From: Chiloscyllium plagiosum
Lineage: Eukaryota
DNA: 46,905 nucleotides
Assembly (NCBI RefSeq): GCF_004010195.1
Contig: NC_057757.1
Location: forward strand, 1,437,787 to 1,484,691
Direction: 5' to 3'
Positions within the stretch are counted from its first letter, which is position 1; each line of letters starts with the position of its first letter. Position numbers and translations under genes: made by a program. The notes under the pieces were generated by a model, which did no database searches, was not told the DNA's origin, and saw only the letters and a list, made by a program, of their open reading frames with translations. Positions 36,737 through 46,905 of this stretch are shown piece by piece.

Positions 36737-36893
36737 ACGGAAACATACACTGTTTAAGTTCTCCTGGTCTGATTAACACCTCACCTTCTCCACTCCAGAA
36801 ACCATGCATTGGACTCACAAACAGAACTGGTCTGCAGCAATCTGATTATGACATCGTGTATAGTCATTTTTTATTTCCTTAAAAGTTAGTTCC

Positions 36894-36899
36894 ATTAAA
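36894..36899 (+). promoter_or_regulatory. Candidate polyadenylation signal ATTAAA of the mucin gene
   Basis: Lies ~160 nt after the putative stop and is followed by ttatttgttatatttggttttg. Confidence 0.4.
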
Positions 36900-37971
36900 A
36901 GATCACAGTTAATTATTTGTTATATTTGGTTTTGACCTTAAGGCTAGGAACCCTGCATGAAGATCAGCGGGGGTCAATTACTGTGTGTGTGTGTCTCACA
37001 GGGTGTCAAATTAACTTGTCACACCAGATATTGGCTGGGTGAAGGGAAGGGACATTCCTGCAATGGAACACCTGATGGTAATTAGGAGTAGGGTTTCAGG
37101 CTGGTTCCTTCCCTTACCTCTGTATTGAATCTACCTTTGTATCCCTCATGCTGACTTGACTGAGCTGAACACAGGCTGGCACCTTCCTGTGCTGTGCAAT
37201 GCAGCACATAAACATAAATCTGTGCTTTCTGACCTCACCTCAGATTCTTTTAGGGAGGGAAAGGAAATATGGTTGCATCTCATCAAGGTGATTTTCTGCT
37301 TTGTACGAATGTTATTTTGGATATTTATTATTATGTTAATTAAATATGGATATGCTAAACATTACTGTGGTAATGTTAATGTAGCTGACTTGTGAAAATG
37401 TACAAGACATGAGATCAGCAAAAGAAGCACTGATCCAGACTCCAGCCAAATCTGTGCAGTATTACCCCATCCCCAGTGCAGCTCTCACTCTCAGAACGTA
37501 TTCGCCTACCTCGCATTGTTTTCATTCTCCCTCCGCACTTTCTTCCCTTCCCCAATCCCGTGTCTATTCCTCTCCTCACCCAATTTCTCTACATCACAAT
37601 GTCCCGCCTTATTCCTTGTCTCTCTCTCTCTCTCATTCCAACCCCTACTCCCCTAAACCCTTTCTGTCCATGTCCTATTACTGTATTGTTCCCACAGTTT
37701 ACACTAGGACTATTCCCTGCGCTCCTCAGTACCACTCTTGGAATGGATTCCTTCAGGAATTGTTTGTAAAATTTAATTTTTGGATATTGACTGGAATGAA
37801 ACAGAAGGTTTATGAAGAGGTAACTTCATGTTGTTACTGAGGTTTGGCTCACTACAGATTAGTCCAATTATTAAGAGGCCTCCAAGACTGGAACCTCCTT
37901 CTGAAAGAAAACCTGGTTTCTGAAGGCTCGATGCAGCATTGTACTTGGGAATGCTATTCTGGACTCCAGAC

Positions 37972-38285
37972 AGAATCATAGAAACCCAAAAGTGCAGAAA
38001 GAGGTCATTCAGCCCATCATGTCTTTACCAACCCTCCAAAGAGCACCCCATCCTATCCCCATAACCCCATACTTACTATGGCTAATTCACCTATTCTACA
38101 CATCTGCGGACACTATGGGGCAATTTAATATGGTCAATCCACGCTAACCCTGTACATCTTTGGACTGTTGGGAGGAAACTGCAGCACCTGGAAGAAACCC
38201 ACAAAGACACAGGGAGAATGTGCAAACTCCACACAGACCACCACGCCTGGGATTGAACCCAGGTGCTAACTACTGAACCACCACA
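37972..38285 (-). mobile_element. HE1-like V-SINE, older copy
   Basis: gaaacccac..agacacagggagaatgtgcaaactccacacagac. Confidence 0.8.
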
Positions 38286-38749
38286 GATAGCTCAAGACAT
38301 TGCCAAGATGATACAGAGAAAAGTTAGCATCAACACCTAAGCGTTTTGTGAAAGCTTCTCCTGCTTTATTGAAAATGCCAAAACAAGTGCAGCCCTCAAT
38401 CAGCAGGTGACACTGATACTGCAAATGCCGCAGAGTCATAGTATTATCAGATCACTCAGTCAATCTGTGGTGATTTTTACCAAGAGAAATAATCCAACTC
38501 CCTTCTCTTTGTTTATGGACCTACAAATTTTTCTGTTTGAAGTTGTTATGATCCCATAATTCTAATATGGAAAAGTCAAGTCCCTGGCTTGAGAGACTGC
38601 ACATTTGTGTTTTGTATAAAAATCCATAAGATGTGGGTTGTATTGGCTGGGCCAGAACTTACTGGCCATCCCTAACTGTCAACTGGGTATTAAAAATGAA
38701 CCTTTTTGCTGTGGGTCTGGAGTCACATGTAAACCAGACCAGGTAGTTC

Positions 38750-39010
38750 ATTGACATCTACCCGACCATGTGGAAAATTGATCAGCTATGTCCTGTATAT
38801 AAAATCTCGCTTTGTCAATTAACATCCCATCAGTCTACTCTTGATCATCTCATCATCAACAGGGCTATCAAGCAACACATGCTCAGAAATAACCTGCTTA
38901 CTGACACACAGTTTGGGTTCTGCCAGGGCCACTCAGTATCTGACCTTAATACAGACCTGGTACAAATATGGACAAAACAGCTAAATTCCTGAGGTGAGAT
39001 GGGAGTGACT
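38750..39010 (+). mobile_element. Non-LTR retrotransposon RT fragment
   Basis: IYPTMWK...CPVYK and IKQHMLRNNLLTDTQFGFCQGHS. Confidence 0.65.
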
Positions 39011-40189
39011 GTTCGATTTGATGACTCTGTTTCACAAATGTAGGTTGTGAACTCTCTAAAAATTATCAAGTTATCAGGTGTAGAAATAACAATCAACGAA
39101 ATGGCCACTGTTTGAGATTTTATTCCAAATCTAGCCCATGCTGTATCGGTCCCGACAGTGTTTGATGGACAGGAAGGACATAGCATTATATCTATTCTGT
39201 GCTGCACTGGCCATGGGAGTGTTTGACTGGCCTATGGGAGTTTTACTTGGCACAACATCTCTCACTGTGTGAGAATAAATTAATAAAGTTGGCATTGTCC
39301 CAGAGGACCATGACGTTGCTCTCTCATTGAGAGACAACTGGTGTTGAGTTTAACCTGAGGGTCACCTCGCCTCAGGTGAGAGGCAAGATTGAGAAGGAAG
39401 GACTTTCATGGTGACCCCAGATAGAATACTACACAAACACACAATGTTTTAACAATACATCACTTTAGTTTCTAAGCTTACTGCAATATACTTGCTCAAA
39501 ATTTGCTTCCAACAAACTATGGTTTACACAGTATTTCTTTGTGTTCAAATGGACTTCAGACCCATGAAGATTCATTCAACAACCCATATAACAAGATGTG
39601 AGTAACATTACAATAATTTCACAGCAGAAAATAACATTGGCGTTCAGTGCAACTTTGATGTGTGGAGATTCGTAATTAAGAGTGGCTTGAGGGCTCTCAT
39701 ATCAAAAGGTTTCCCGTAGAAAATAAAGATAAAATAAAACAGTGAAGTAGGAAGATGTTAAGCGATGAAGTTAAATATTAACTGCCAGAGTTAGGTTATA
39801 TGAATATACTGTCAAATGGTATTTTTCTTGGTGTTGGTTCAGGGATGAATGTTGGTAAAACTTAGATTGTTCTACAGTCTTTGAACTTCCAACTGAATCA
39901 ACAGAATTAATGTAGTCTTTAAGCATTCATTCAAAATGACTGACATGGTGACAGCTGGTGGCCTGAAGTGCAAAAGTTTGTTAATTGGGGCAAGGACTAT
40001 TGTTATAAGGCTATGGAATGCTTTTGTTAAGAGAGACCTGAATATCCGAGAACGGCTTGGCACTATTGGCATTGGACGACAAAGTAGTGAAAAGACATGA
40101 TCCAAGTTGAATCAGAAACGCTAATAGATAAACAAAAATCTTACCCTCATGAACCACCATACACGTATCTCAGCTATAACACTTCAATG

Positions 40190-40590
40190 AGGAAAGGTCA
40201 AAGGGAATGGACCTAAACTCTCTGGGAATTAGAAGAGTGAGAGGTGACATAATTGAAATACAGAATATCTGGGAAGGCTTGGATGCAGAGATGCTGAGAA
40301 GTTGTGTCCCCCTGGCTGGAAAGTTTAAAGGTCTAGAGTATGGTCCCAGGAAAACATGTTGGCCATTCTACACTGAGGAGAACTTTCTTCATTCAGAACG
40401 CTTAGAATTTGTTAGCCTAGAACGCTGTGGATTCTTAGTCATTGAATATCTTCAAGACTAAGATGAATACACTTTTGGGCTCTAAATAAACCAAAAAGTA
40501 AAGGGACTAGTAAGAAAAATGGATTAGAGACTAAAACACAATTCTAATAACAGAGTAAATTCATGGTCCCAAATGGACTGTTCTTCTCTA
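40190..40590 (+). mobile_element. Old CR1 3' fragment
   Basis: SL..RRVRGDIIE motif and 3' UTR similarity. Confidence 0.55.
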
Positions 40591-40671
40591 TACCTTACGT
40601 GCTGAAATCTAACACCTGTCCATTTTAGACAAAGATCAGATTGGAGACAATGGCAGTCCTTGAGGTGAACA

Positions 40672-42296
40672 AGAGTCATACAGTCATGAAGATGTACAGC
40701 AGGGAAACAGACCCTTCGGTCTAACTGGTCTATGCCCACCGAATATCCTAAACTAATCTAATCCCATTTGCCAGCATGGCCCATATCCCTCTAAACCCTT
40801 CCTATTCATGTACCCAGCCAGATGCCTTTTAAGTGTAATTGTACCAGATTCCACCACTTTCTCTTGCAGCTCATTCCACACACACACCACCTTCTGTGAA
40901 AACTTTGGCCCTTAGGTCCCTTTTAAACTTCTCTCCTTTCAGCCTACACCTGTGGTTTGTAGTTCTGAATTCCCCTCCTTCTCTACTTATCCTATTCATG
41001 TCCCTCATGATGTCATAAACCTCTATAAGATCACCCCTCAGCCTCTGACACTCCAAGGAAAAAGGCCCTAGCTTGTTTGGCCTCTCCTTATTGCTTAAAC
41101 CCACCAACCCTGGTAACATCCCAGTTAATCTTTTCTGAACCCTTTCAAGTTTCACAACATCCTTCCGAGAGGAGGGAAACTAGAACTGCACACAATATTT
41201 CAAAAGTGCCCTAACCAATATTCTGTACAGCTGCAACATGACATCCCAACTCCTATAATTGATGCTCTGACCAATAAAGAAAAGCATACCAAATGCCTTC
41301 TTCACAATCCTACCTATCTGAAACTCCACTTTCAAGGAACTATGAATCTGCACTCCAAGGTCTGTTTGATCCCCAACATTCCCTAGGACCTTACCACTAA
41401 GTGTATACGTCCTGTCCTGATTTGCCTTTCAAAATGCAGCACTTCACATTTACCTAAATTAAACTCCATTTGCCACTGCTCGGCACACTGGCCCATCTGA
41501 TCAAGATCCATTTGTACCCTAAGGTAGCCTTCTTTGCTGTCCACTACATCTCCAATTTTGGTGTCATCTGCAAACTTACTAACTTTATCTGCTATGTTCA
41601 CATCCAACTTATTTATATAAGTGACAAAAAGCAGTGGATCCTTGTACCACCCCACTGGTCACAGGCCTCCAGTCTGAAAGGCAGCCCCCCACCACCATCC
41701 TCTGTCTTTTACCTTTGAGCCAGTCCTGTATCCAATTGGCTAGTTCTCCCTGTATTCTACATAATCTATCCTTGCTAGCCAGTCTAGCATGAGGAACCTT
41801 GTCAAACGCCTTTTTGAAGTCCATATAGACCACACCCACTTCTCTGCCCTCATCAATCCTCTTTGTTACTTCTTCAAAAAACTCAATCAGGTTAGTCAAA
41901 CATGATTTCCAATGCACAAAGCCATATTGATTGTCCATAATTAGTCCTTACATTTCCAAATGCATGTGAATCCTGTCCCTCAGAATTCCCTCCAACAACT
42001 TGCCCACTACCGATGTCAGGCTCACCAGTCTATAGTTCCCTGGCTTTTCCTTACCACCTTTCTTAAATACTGGCACCACATCAGCCAACCTCCAGTCTTC
42101 CAGCATCTCACCTGTGACTATCGACGATACAAATATCTCAGCAAGAGGCCCTGCAATCACTTCCCTAGCTTCCCTGAGTTCTTGGGTACATCTGATCAAG
42201 GCCTGGGGATTTATCCACCTTTACGCATTTTGAGACTTCAAGCACATCCTCGTCTGTAATATGAACATTTTTCAAGATGTCACCATTTATTTCCCA
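40672..42296 (-). mobile_element. 5'-truncated CR1 LINE (RT)
   Basis: NYRLVSLTSVVGK, YMDFKKAFDKVPH, SKFADDTK, LERVQKR.T.MLPGL. Confidence 0.93.
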
Positions 42297-42792
42297 GGTC
42301 AAAAAGTTCTACTGACAAAGAAAAATCATTGAGTCAGAATATATAGTCTTTATGGCTTTGAGTTAAAATTGGGAAATGCATTAATATTCAACATCACCAT
42401 TTCTCAAGTTATCAGCAAAATAAACAAAAGGGACTTTGACTGAAATAAATTTACAAAGGTTGCAATAATAATAAAATAAATAATTACATGTTAAAATGGC
42501 AATGTCAGGCAGATTGCATATTTTCAGCCTGTTTTGTAACTTGTTGGCTCTGATAACAGTATTACGCACAGTTTACAGATTGCTTCAAAACTGATGGAAA
42601 AGCCATTGCCAGGAACAATATCGCACAGCTCCAAGATGGCATTGGACCCTCATTCAGATAGAATTTTAAAGCAAGCTCATTGGGCTTTAAAATCATAGGG
42701 CTGAAAGTTCAAGCCCCAGTCCATAGATATTAAACTAAAGCCCCATTAGCACTCTCAAGTGATTACAAGTAATCACATGGCTCTATTTGGAG

Positions 42793-43150
42793 GGGTGGTG
42801 ATAGTGTAGTAGTATTGTTGCTGGGCCAGCATTCCAGAGCCCAAATAATTCACAGGATCCATGTTCTAATCCCAACACAGCAGATGATTGCATTTGCATT
42901 CAACTGAAAAAAGATAATCTGTAATTAAAATCAACGATGACCATGAAATCACTGTCAATTGTTGTAAAACCTAACTGATTCACTAGTGTCTTTTTGGGAA
43001 GGAAACTGCTGTCTTTAGCTGGCCAGGCCTACAAGTGACTACAGAGCTATGGCAATATGGTTGACTCTGAAGTGCCCTCTGGGTAATTAAAGATGGGCAA
43101 TAAATAGTGGCTTAGCCAGCAATGCCCTCATTCTGTGAATGAATGAAAAA
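42793..43150 (+). mobile_element. tRNA-derived SINE, near full length
   Basis: A/B box-like head (tagtgtagtag; atgttctaatccc), tail tgaatgaatgaaaaa; related copies at 32790, ~34000 and ~38620. Confidence 0.6.
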
Positions 43151-43700
43151 AGAACCATGAACAGAATTTAAATCCTACATTTTATCCATCAGCAAACCTC
43201 ATTCTTCCAACTTTAAATGACTGTGCATCTTTACACTCTAACTCTTCTACTAAGCTACTAGTATCCTCTATATGAATTTAGATTTGACTAAAACAGCTAC
43301 TCATATTCTATCCTACTGGTTTGTCAGCCTCTTCACTGACTTATATTGGCACAAGACGCTCAAAAAGTACAACATTTAAATTCTAATCCTTATTTTTAAG
43401 TCCCACAGTGGCCTTGCCCCAACAGCCCTTAGCAATAGCATTGAATACTTGCGCTCCAGAACTAGCTACACAGGTAGCCGAGCTGTTTCAGTACATCTAC
43501 AATAGTTATCAATCTGGCAATAAGGAAAATTGCCCAGATATGACAGGCCCATGAGGCAAGGATAAATCAAACCCAGAATTCTGCTCCTCAAAAGGCAATG
43601 GAAGGGATCATCATCAGTGGTATCAGGTATCATTTGCAATGGAATGACCTGCCCACAGGTGCTCAGTTTGGATTCTGCCAGGACCATTCAGTCCCTGACA

Positions 43701-46420
43701 TTTTTTTTTATTTTCAAAAGTATACTTTATTCATAAAATATTTTGATGGCCTGTACAATTGGTGATGCCATACATATGTATATGTTCCATTTCTTTACAT
43801 ACAGAGATCGGAATTAATCATTTGTATATACAGGTTTGTACGTTTACCATCCATATATTTAGCTGATGTGTCAGTGGAGCCCACTTACTGAGTGGGCCCC
43901 CTGTTCTTTGGCAGGCAGACGTTACACGGTGGTCTTTCCCCACCGCGCATTGGCGGCAGCTGCCCCAAACTTCAGTGCGTCCCTCAACACGTAGTCCTGG
44001 ATCTTGGAATGTGCCAGTCCACAACACTCAGTCAGGATCAGCTCCTTCAGCTGGAAGATCAACAGGTTTCCGACTGACCAAAGCGAGTCTTTCATCAAGT
44101 TGATGATCCTCCAGGCTCAGATGATGTTCGTCCTGGTGTGTGTCCCGGGGAACAGACCGTAGAGCACGGAGCTGCTCGGGATGAACCTCGACAGACATCA
44201 CTGCATTCGTCTCCAGACCTCCTTTGCGTAGGCACATTCCAGAAGGAGGTGTGTGACAGTCTCATCCCCTCCGCAGCCGCTTCAAGGGCAACGTGCGGTG
44301 CGGCAGAGAGTCCGGGCGTGCAGAAAGGATCGCACAGGCAGAGCCCATCTCACCACCAGCCAAACCATGTCTTGGTACTTGTTGGAAAGTTTTGGCAATG
44401 AGGCATTCTGCCAAATGACTTTGACAGTCTGCCCAGGGAACCGCTCGACGGGATCCGCCCTCTCCTTTTCCCGAAGGGTCTCAAGGACACTACGTGCTGC
44501 CCACTTCTTGATGGACTTGTGGTCAAAGGTGTTTTTCTTCATAAATTTCTCGACGAAGGACAGGTGATACGGAACGGTCCAACTACTTGGAGCATTCCGT
44601 GGCAGTGAGGCCAGGCCCACACTTTGCAACCTCAGTATTTAGTGACACTTTGTGTTTGTGTACCGGGGATCCAAGCACAGCTTGATGCAGCCACACACAA
44701 AGGATGCCATCAGGGTGAGGGTGGTATTTGGTGTGTTTTTTCCCCCGTTGTCCAGAGCTTTGTACATAGAGTCCCTTCGGACCCTGGCCATCTTTGATCT
44801 CCACATAAAGTGGAAGATGGCCCAAGTGACTGCAATGGCACAGTTTCTGGGAATAGGCCAGACCTGTGCCACACATAACAACACTGACAATGCCTCACAC
44901 CTGATGACCAGGTTTTACCCGTGATGGAGAGCAACCGTAGCTTCCATCTGCCCAGTTTCTGCCTCACTTTCTTGATACGTTTCCCCCAAGACTTGGCACA
45001 TGCCCTAGCCCCTCTGAACCAAATACCCAGCACCTTCAGGTGGTCAGTCCTGACGGTGAAGGGGATGGAGGATTGGTCGGCCCAGTTCCCAAAGAACATG
45101 GCCTTGCTCTTACCTCAGTTGACCTTGGCCCCTGAGGCCCGTTCAAACTGGTCACATATGCACAAGAGTCTGTGCACGGACAGTGGATCCGAGCAGAAAA
45201 CGGCGATGTCATCCATGTACAAGGAGGCCTTAACCTGCAGGCCCCTGCTGCCAGGCATAGTCACCCCTCTCAGGCTCACATCCTTCTGATGGACTCGCCA
45301 AATGGCTCTATGCAGCACAAACAAGGCAGGAGAGAGAGGGCAGCCATGCCTGACTCCAGATCTGACTGGGAAGCTATCTGATTCCCATCCATGGATTGGG
45401 ACTGCATTGACAACGTTGGTGTAGAGCAGTCTGATCCAATTGCAAATTCCCTCCCCAAAGCCTGGAGAGAACATCTCTCATATACTTATGAGATATCCTG
45501 CCAAAGGCTTTTTCCTGGTCCAGGCTGATGAGGCAGGTGTCCAACCCCCTGTCCTGCACATAAGCGATCGTATCCCTGAGGAGTGCAAGACTCTCAGCGA
45601 TCTTCCTTCCCAATACTACACAGGTTTAGTCAGGGTGGATCACTGATCCCAGAGCAGACCTGACCCAGTTGGTGATGACCTCTGCCAAGATTTTGTAATC
45701 TGCATTTAATAGTGAAATTCGTCTTCAATTTCTGATTTCCTCCCTCTCCCCCTTCCGCTTGTAGATGAGGGTGATGATGTCTTTCCTCATGGATTCACTC
45801 ATGGTATCGGCCAGAAGCATACTGACATACACCTCCAGCAGGTCCTGGCCCATCAGGTCACACAGAGCAGAATAGAGCTTGACCAGTAAGCTGTCGCTTC
45901 CAGGAGTTTTATTCTTTTTGAAGGACTTGAGGGCCTTGGTCAGCTTGTCCAGAGATAGTGGCTGGTCCAGTCTCTCCCATGTTCTGTTGTCTAAGACCTC
46001 TGTGATAGAGGACAGGGACGACTGGGAGGCCACGCTTTTGGTTGGCTTCGAGTCATACAGACTGGCATAGAAGGATTTGCTGATCCTCATGATGTCAGCC
46101 TGAGATGACGTTACCAAGCCATCTTCTTCCTTCAGGCGGCAGAGCACGGGTCTCTCTTTGTGCACCTTCTGGACGAACAAACGTGAGCACGTCTCATCCT
46201 GCTCCACGGAGTGGACCCTGGACCGGAAGATTATCTTGGAAGCCTCCGAGGCAAAGAGCGAGGCTTGCTGGCCCTCCACCTCCTGGAGGTCCTCCGTGAC
46301 ATCGATCCCCATCGTCTGCAACAGGAGCAGGTTCTGCATACTTTCCTGGAGTTGGGACAGTTTTCCCCGCCTCTCTCTCACCTCCTGAACATCTTTGAGG
46401 ATGAAGAACCGCTTGATGTT
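43701..46420 (-). mobile_element. Tx1/L1-clade non-LTR retrotransposon, frameshifted ORF2 with poly(A) tail
   Basis: KTPGSDSL, ISLDQEKAF, GVRHGCPLSP, SLYMDDI, C-terminal zf-RVT-like region. AATAAA plus A-tail on the minus strand at 43701-43732. Confidence 0.92.
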
Positions 46421-46905
46421 CCAAGTTTGTGAGAAGATTTATAGCTCGGGTGCTCGTTTTTGTGGTTCTGTTCACCGAGCTGGGAATTTGTGTTGCAGAT
46501 GTTTCGTCCCCTGTCTAGGTGATATCCTCCGTGCTTGGGAGCCTCCTGTGAAGCGCTTCTGTATTGTTTCCTCTGGTATTTATAGTGGTTTGTCTCTGCT
46601 GCTTCCGGTTGTCAGTTCCAGCTGTCTACTGCAGTGGCCGGTATATTGGGTCCAGGTTGATGTGTTTGTTGATAGAATCTGTGGATGAGTGCCATGCCTC
46701 TAGGAATTCCCTGGCTGTTCTCTGTTTGGCTTGTCCTATAATAGTAGTGTTGTCCCAGTCGAACTCATGTTGCCTGTCATCTGCGTGTGTGGCTACTAAG
46801 GATAGCTGGTGGTGTCGTTTCGTGGCTAGTTGGTGTTCATGGATACGGATCGTTAGCTGTCTTCCTGTTTGTCCTATGTAGTGTTTTGTGCAGTCCTTGC
46901 ATGGG
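46421..46905 (-). mobile_element. 3' end of a Penelope-like element (GIY-YIG endonuclease plus terminal repeat), continuing beyond the window
   Basis: Minus-strand frame 46904-46626 reads PCKDCTKHYIGQTGRQLTIRIHEHQLATKRHHQLSLVATHADDRQHEFDWDNTTIIGQAKQRTAREFLEAWHSSTDSINKHINLDPIYRPLQ*. Degenerate hammerhead at 46495-46534. Confidence 0.9.

Noticed and set aside
37409..37840. 143-aa Ser/Pro-rich ORF as a further mucin exon
   Set aside because: Derives from a CT-rich low-complexity tract downstream of the TM and tail; no fitting splice sites.
39532..39597. Possible additional exon (cacAG ... GTgagt, ISLCSNGLQTHEDSFNNPYNK)
   Set aside because: Good donor, but I could not link it in phase to the mucin and it lies beyond the candidate poly(A) signal. 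Left unannotated without transcript data.

Overview
Vertebrate, repeat-rich genomic DNA. The repeat content (HE1/V-SINE, CR1 LINEs, Tx1, Penelope) suggests a cartilaginous fish, probably a shark; this is an inference. The + strand carries the 3' part of a MUC3/MUC12/MUC17-like transmembrane mucin gene that the ORF track misses. Thirteen GT-AG exons between 14 and 34671 splice in phase into 1470 nt (~490 codons) with no stop. They encode five small Ser/Thr/Pro-rich exons in tandemly duplicated exon-intron units, an EGF-like module, a SEA domain with a GSIV motif, a second Cys-rich/EGF module, a TM helix and a cytoplasmic tail. The last tail exons (~35222-36920) are unresolved. Introns and the downstream region hold CR1 LINEs, SINEs, a solo LTR, a degenerate class I-like endogenous retrovirus with both LTRs and a 4-bp TSD, a Tx1/L1 element and the 3' end of a Penelope-like element. 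The most striking non-coding signal is a set of at least seven minimal hammerhead-ribozyme-like motifs in four different repeat families. Two of these sit in ~208-bp fold-back insertions that have 14-bp TSDs and empty-site paralogs inside the window. There are two assembly gaps (23696-24083, 30750-30955).
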